A stretch of 42,691 nt of DNA, from assembly GCA_030262775.1 (NCBI GenBank), contig JAJSZP010000003.1:1-42691 (forward strand), given 5' to 3'. The translations under genes were made by a program, and so were the position numbers. This stretch comes from Deltaproteobacteria bacterium. Lineage in GTDB: Bacteria; Desulfobacterota; Desulfobacteria; Desulfobacterales; ETH-SRB1. The notes beneath the pieces are model-generated. The model saw only the letters and a list, made by a program, of their open reading frames with translations. It searched no databases and was not told the DNA's origin. Positions 38,693 through 42,691 of the stretch are shown here, piece after piece (positions within the stretch are counted from its first letter, which is position 1; each line of letters starts with the position of its first letter).

Positions 38693-40939
38693 TTATGTCT
38701 TTATAGAAAAATCTTCTTTTGAAAGAGTTAGGTTTGGATTATAAAAAGGATCTCCATCAGCCAATAGGTCATTCCACTTTTCCGAAAAATAATCTGTTTC
38801 CTTCCTGAATCTTACCTGTTTTTTAAAATTATCTTCATAACCCCTACTTTTAGATTCATAGTGGTATAGTTCAGCATAAGGAGTGTATACTATAAGGTAC
38901 CCCTTTTCTCTGACTTTCAGGCAATAATCTACATCATTAAAGGCATAACTTAAATTTTCATCAAAACCGCCAACTCCTTTGAACAATGACTTCTTAGTCA
39001 TCATACAAGCTGCCGTTACAGCACTGAGATTTTGGATTACTTTCAATCTACAATAATAACCCAAAGAATCTTTGGAAATATACTTATGTGAATGTCCTGC
39101 CACCCCTCCAATGCCTATAATGACACCTGCATGCTGAACTGTATTATTAGGATAATATAACAGTGTTCCTACTACACCAACATCTTCTCTTTGCGCAAAT
39201 CCAAGCATTTCTTCAATCCAATCCTTAGAGATCACCTCTGTATCGTTATTCATGAAAACCAAGTATTCTGAATCTATTCTATTAACTGCGTAGTTATTAA
39301 TGCTGGAAAAGTTAAAGGGAATGTCGTATTTAATAATAGATACCTTTGGATTATTTTTAAGATAATTATAGTAAGTATTAGTTTCTGTTTCAAGACTTCC
39401 ATTATCAACCACAAAAATTGAATAGTTTTCATAACAAGTCAGCCTGGATATTGAGTCTATACATCTCCTTAGCATCTTCACTTTATCTTTAGTCGGAATA
39501 ATGATTGAGACTTTTGGATAATCATTAATTTCATATTTAATACGATAAGTCCCAATGCTATGGCCATTACGTACATCTCCATCCAAACCAAGCCGTTGGA
39601 TATGATCTGATAAAGCTCTTTTTGCGCTATCGTATGCATACATTTTTGCTTCAGCATTTTTACCTACTGAACTATCAATGCATCTCCAGTGGTAAAGAAT
39701 CTTAGGAATATGCTCGATTTTTTGAGTTGTTTCTGTAACCCTCAAAAATAAGTCATAATCCTGAGAACCTTCGTAACCCTCTCTGAAGCCTCCTATATTT
39801 TCTAAAATTTTTCTCCTAATTACAGCAAAATGGCAAATGTAATTATAGCTTCGGAATGTATCAGGAGACCAGTCAGGTTTAAAAAAAGGATCGCGTCTAA
39901 TACCCTCTACTGTAATTTTATCCTCATCACTGTAAACAAAATCAATTTCTCTTCGCTTATTTAATACCTTAACAACTTCATAAAGCGCATCTGCACTTAG
40001 CTCATCATCGTTGTCGATAAGTCCTATAAACTCTCCAGTTGTTAAGTAAAAAGCTTCATTAGACGTTCTTGCAATGCCAGCATTTTTTGGCAAATACTTG
40101 ACTAAAATCCTTTTGTCCTGCTCCGCATATCTTACTAAAACCCTTTTGACATGCTTTTCCGTCGACCCATCATCGACTATACACAAATCCCAGTTTTTAT
40201 AAAGTTGATTCAATACCGACTCAATTGCTTTCACAAGCCAGATCTCATCAACATTAAAAACCGGCATAATAATGCTGATCTTTGGGTTGTACTGAAATCC
40301 AGCAATTTCGGTCTTTATTTTCTTTATCTTTTCCTCCGTTAATTTATTTATCTTTATCCATCTATCGTAGTCACTTGCTCTTAAGCCTAAATGAACAAGA
40401 ATTTTATTAGATATGGATTTAGTTAAGCCTTCTCTTTGAATGTTAAATAATATCCGTTGGAATAAAGGGATATTATATAATAATCTGCAGTAAATAAGCC
40501 TTCGTAAAAATTCCGATAATCGCCATGCTTTGGATTGTTCAATCATATTCAATTCATATTCAATATTCTTAATATGAACATCTTTATCAAGGATAAGACT
40601 ATAATACTTTCCAATATTTATATCCAAAATCTTAACTAGCTCTTCTAAATATTCTTTTTTCACTTTATTATATATACTTAGTGGAATAATATAGTTACCC
40701 CTTGCTTCTTTTATAGATCTATTTTTATACAAGTCTAACTCTTGCTCGTTATTATAAATTACTTTTGTCTTTGGCTTATTGTAATTACGCAATAAATCAT
40801 TTGTAAACTCATCAGTAGAACCATTGTTTACTATGATAATCTCAAAATCCTGAAAGGTTTGATTCAGGACAGATTTCACTACTTCATCAATATATTGTCC
40901 TTGATTATAGCAATTGATAACAATAATTACTTTTGGCAT
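38693..40939 (-). CDS. Multidomain GT2 glycosyltransferase (degenerate GT2, linker, two GT2 domains)
   Basis: DDGS, DNDD, YSDEDK, FKPDWSPD, GSQDYDL, then IIPTKD, MNNDTEV, QHAGV, FNDVD and HYESKSRG. Confidence 0.92.
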   Translation of the reverse strand: MPKVIIVINCYNQGQYIDEVVKSVLNQTFQDFEIIIVNNGSTDEFTNDLLRNYNKPKTKVIYNNEQELDLYKNRSIKEARGNYIIPLSIYNKVKKEYLEELVKILDINIGKYYSLILDKDVHIKNIEYELNMIEQSKAWRLSEFLRRLIYCRLLYNIPLFQRILFNIQREGLTKSISNKILVHLGLRASDYDRWIKINKLTEEKIKKIKTEIAGFQYNPKISIIMPVFNVDEIWLVKAIESVLNQLYKNWDLCIVDDGSTEKHVKRVLVRYAEQDKRILVKYLPKNAGIARTSNEAFYLTTGEFIGLIDNDDELSADALYEVVKVLNKRREIDFVYSDEDKITVEGIRRDPFFKPDWSPDTFRSYNYICHFAVIRRKILENIGGFREGYEGSQDYDLFLRVTETTQKIEHIPKILYHWRCIDSSVGKNAEAKMYAYDSAKRALSDHIQRLGLDGDVRNGHSIGTYRIKYEINDYPKVSIIIPTKDKVKMLRRCIDSISRLTCYENYSIFVVDNGSLETETNTYYNYLKNNPKVSIIKYDIPFNFSSINNYAVNRIDSEYLVFMNNDTEVISKDWIEEMLGFAQREDVGVVGTLLYYPNNTVQHAGVIIGIGGVAGHSHKYISKDSLGYYCRLKVIQNLSAVTAACMMTKKSLFKGVGGFDENLSYAFNDVDYCLKVREKGYLIVYTPYAELYHYESKSRGYEDNFKKQVRFRKETDYFSEKWNDLLADGDPFYNPNLTLSKEDFSIKT

Positions 40940-41070
40940 TATTATCCTTTAGTTGTCTGAAAACATTATCAGCTCATGTGCAATTGCATTTAACGCGACC
41001 TAATACGTTGACAGCAATTCCCACTGTAAAATGACTTAACATATTCAAATCATTACAGATTCCCAAAAAG

Positions 41071-41162
41071 AGTTCACGACAAAAACTGTAACCATTTGAT
41101 ATTACAATAAAAAATCTACTTACGAAAAACGAACAGTATGTTAGACATTCGTTTCGTGAACT
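41071..41162. mobile_element. Short MITE-like inverted-repeat element (92 bp)
   Basis: AGTTCACGA / TCGTGAACT ends and an IHF consensus match TAACCATTTGATA at 41089-41101. Confidence 0.5.
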
Positions 41163-41219
41163 TATTTAGACAAAATGTAGTAATTCCAATAGGTTAAGCT
41201 GTTTTGCAGCGGGAATTGC

Positions 41220-41345
41220 TGATACGTTGAAACGATTTATAGCTGATGGGCTTTTAATAAACATCCTTGTAAAGCACCAGAGGAAACCTATGTATGGTCT
41301 GAGGACAAAATGTGCCGCATCCACAAAAAATACTATTCTTTTAGA
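41220..41345 (-). mobile_element. IS630-family transposase internal remnant
   Basis: VFFVDAAHFVLRPYIGFLWCFTRMFIKSPS..RFNV resembles the first catalytic-Asp region of IS630 transposases. Confidence 0.7.
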
Positions 41346-41374
41346 TGTTTTCAAAAAGCTCATATTGAAGCCGT

Positions 41375-42001
41375 TTAAAGTATATAATAGAACAGTCCAC
41401 ACAATATAGATAACAGGAAGCAGGAAAGCGATAGAACAGGCTTAGATCGACTTTTAAAGGCGAAAATCGCAAACAAGACTGTTCCGGCAAAAAGAGCTTC
41501 TACTGCTATGCCCCAAGCATTGTTGGTATTTATTATGGTAGCAAAGAAAGTACCGATGGTTTCTTGATTTCTCTGAACAATACGGAACAAAGGAAAAGGA
41601 GAGATATAGTATTCGGTATTAAAGGGCCAGAACAAAGGGACTCCAAAGGGCTTAGACGTATCTGCGGAAAAGTAATCCAATATGGGATGAGACAGGAGTG
41701 ATACAAGACAACAGATGAAAACCCGTTTTTTTTAAATCCCCTTGAGCCTGTGCCCTGCAAATCGGTAAAATATCAGTGCCCCAATAAGTCCAAACACCAA
41801 GCTGTGACTGGGCCCGTGGTGAAATCTGCCAGGGTCGCCACACAAAAAACCGGGTATAAAATCCAGATCCGGAAGATTGGCAAGGAACAGACAGGATCCC
41901 AACAGGAATATCTCTTGTTTCGGTGGGCTGTCCGGATCCGTTTTTCTAAAGGCAAGATATACGGCAAGCCCCGCGGCCGAATGGGCTATTGGTAGTGGCA
42001 T
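41375..42001 (-). pseudogene. YdjM-like membrane-bound metal-dependent hydrolase with an in-frame TAA
   Basis: PIAHS.AG, LPDLD, HHGPSHS, then TAA at 41732-41734. The same frame continues KKRVF...SHPILD...GVPLFWPF. Confidence 0.82.
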
Positions 42002-42210
42002 AATTCAACCAAGCCTGCCCATTCAAAAAAATCCATCACATCACCCTGTTTTCCAGCCTCAAAGCGGTCATAGAACGTAGCCGAGCTCATGCTGTAGCAA
42101 TTTTCGAAGTCGCCCAAGTCGTGCTCATAGCGCTCCAATCGCCGTCGATGGCGGCTTAATGTAATATCTAATAGTTTTCCTAACACTTGGTATAGTTCGG
42201 CATCGTTGAA
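41986..42210 (-). pseudogene. Probable antitoxin fragment (TumA-like); no toxin partner seen
   Basis: FE..YSMSS..FY.RFEAG..GD.MDFFEWAGL pattern. The N-terminus appears truncated. Confidence 0.5.
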
Positions 42211-42506
42211 ACAAGCATACTTAGGAACGGGGACAAAATAGAGACGCTGGTAACTTTGTTAACTTATCCATCAAGAAGCCCCTGCTTTTTTAACTGCATT
42301 CCCATTTCCGTAAGGGATAAAAACTGTTGAACCGCTACGGCGCTGAGGACGCGAAGGTTTTTTTGTTGATTTTTCCTGATCAGAACGAATGATCATGAAA
42401 AACGCAATGCCCTGCGGGCAGATCACTTGTACGGAAAAGCTTCTGTAATCTGCTGAGAAAGCTTGCGGGATACCCATGAATTTATGCGTTTCCACTATCG
42501 AATAAA

Positions 42507-42691
42507 TTATTGCATTTGCTCAGGGGATATTTCCTGAATTATTTTCCTGAACCCATCAATGTCTTTACTCTGAAAGGCTGATCTATGAAGCTTTTTCAGC
42601 AACATTCTATTGTTCAATGTGTTTATTTTTTTATGTACATCTCCTGGAACATTACTGCTAAACCTGATATCAAGGGCTTCGAGAACCATTT
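42507..42691 (-). CDS. C-terminal end of a gene running off the window (resembles Rpn/DUF4351-like helical tail)
   Basis: MVLEALDIRF..VP.D...KI......LLKKL.R.A pattern. Partial, 60 aa only. Confidence 0.45.
   Translation of the reverse strand, partial: MVLEALDIRFSSNVPGDVHKKINTLNNRMLLKKLHRSAFQSKDIDGFRKIIQEISPEQMQ

Noticed and set aside
348-42080. Numerous short plus-strand ORFs (e.g. 7021..7620, 29065..29622, 15065..15496)
   Set aside because: Antisense shadows of well-supported minus-strand genes with no motifs. 13183..13464 resembles 15065..15496 only because of the duplicated relic.
42271-42495. 74-aa ORF
   Set aside because: No recognisable motif, and it overlaps a repeat-like intergenic sequence.
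1-42691. CRISPR array, tRNA/rRNA, integron attC array, ops/JUMPstart site
   Set aside because: None recognised by eye. The inverted-repeat elements have unrelated ends and no attC-type or repeat-spacer regularity.

Overview
An AT-rich, almost entirely minus-strand surface-polysaccharide (EPS/capsule) locus, probably from an anaerobic Desulfobacterota-like bacterium (inferred from gene content only). The core is Wzy-type: priming glycosyltransferase, GT2/GT4 enzymes, Wza, Wzc, a CpsB-type phosphatase relic, a Wzy/ligase-like protein and a secreted glycoside hydrolase. Embedded in it is an unusually rich tailoring set: three cobalamin-dependent radical SAMs, a SPASM/twitch radical SAM, an LpxL-like acyltransferase, an amidotransferase, a carbamoyltransferase with SxtJ/SxtK-like partners, an SGNH hydrolase, a Thr-type sulfatase-like protein, an FAD oxidoreductase, and an acyl-CoA ligase/IolM-like dehydrogenase/acetylene-hydratase-like Mo/W enzyme module. 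The locus is visibly being remodelled. An in-frame TAG removes exactly the Wzc tyrosine cluster, three genes are frameshifted at poly-A tracts, decayed copies of the locus's own genes are present, and there are IS630/IS91 relics and at least six intergenic MITE-like elements. All family assignments come from motif recognition; no database searches were run.
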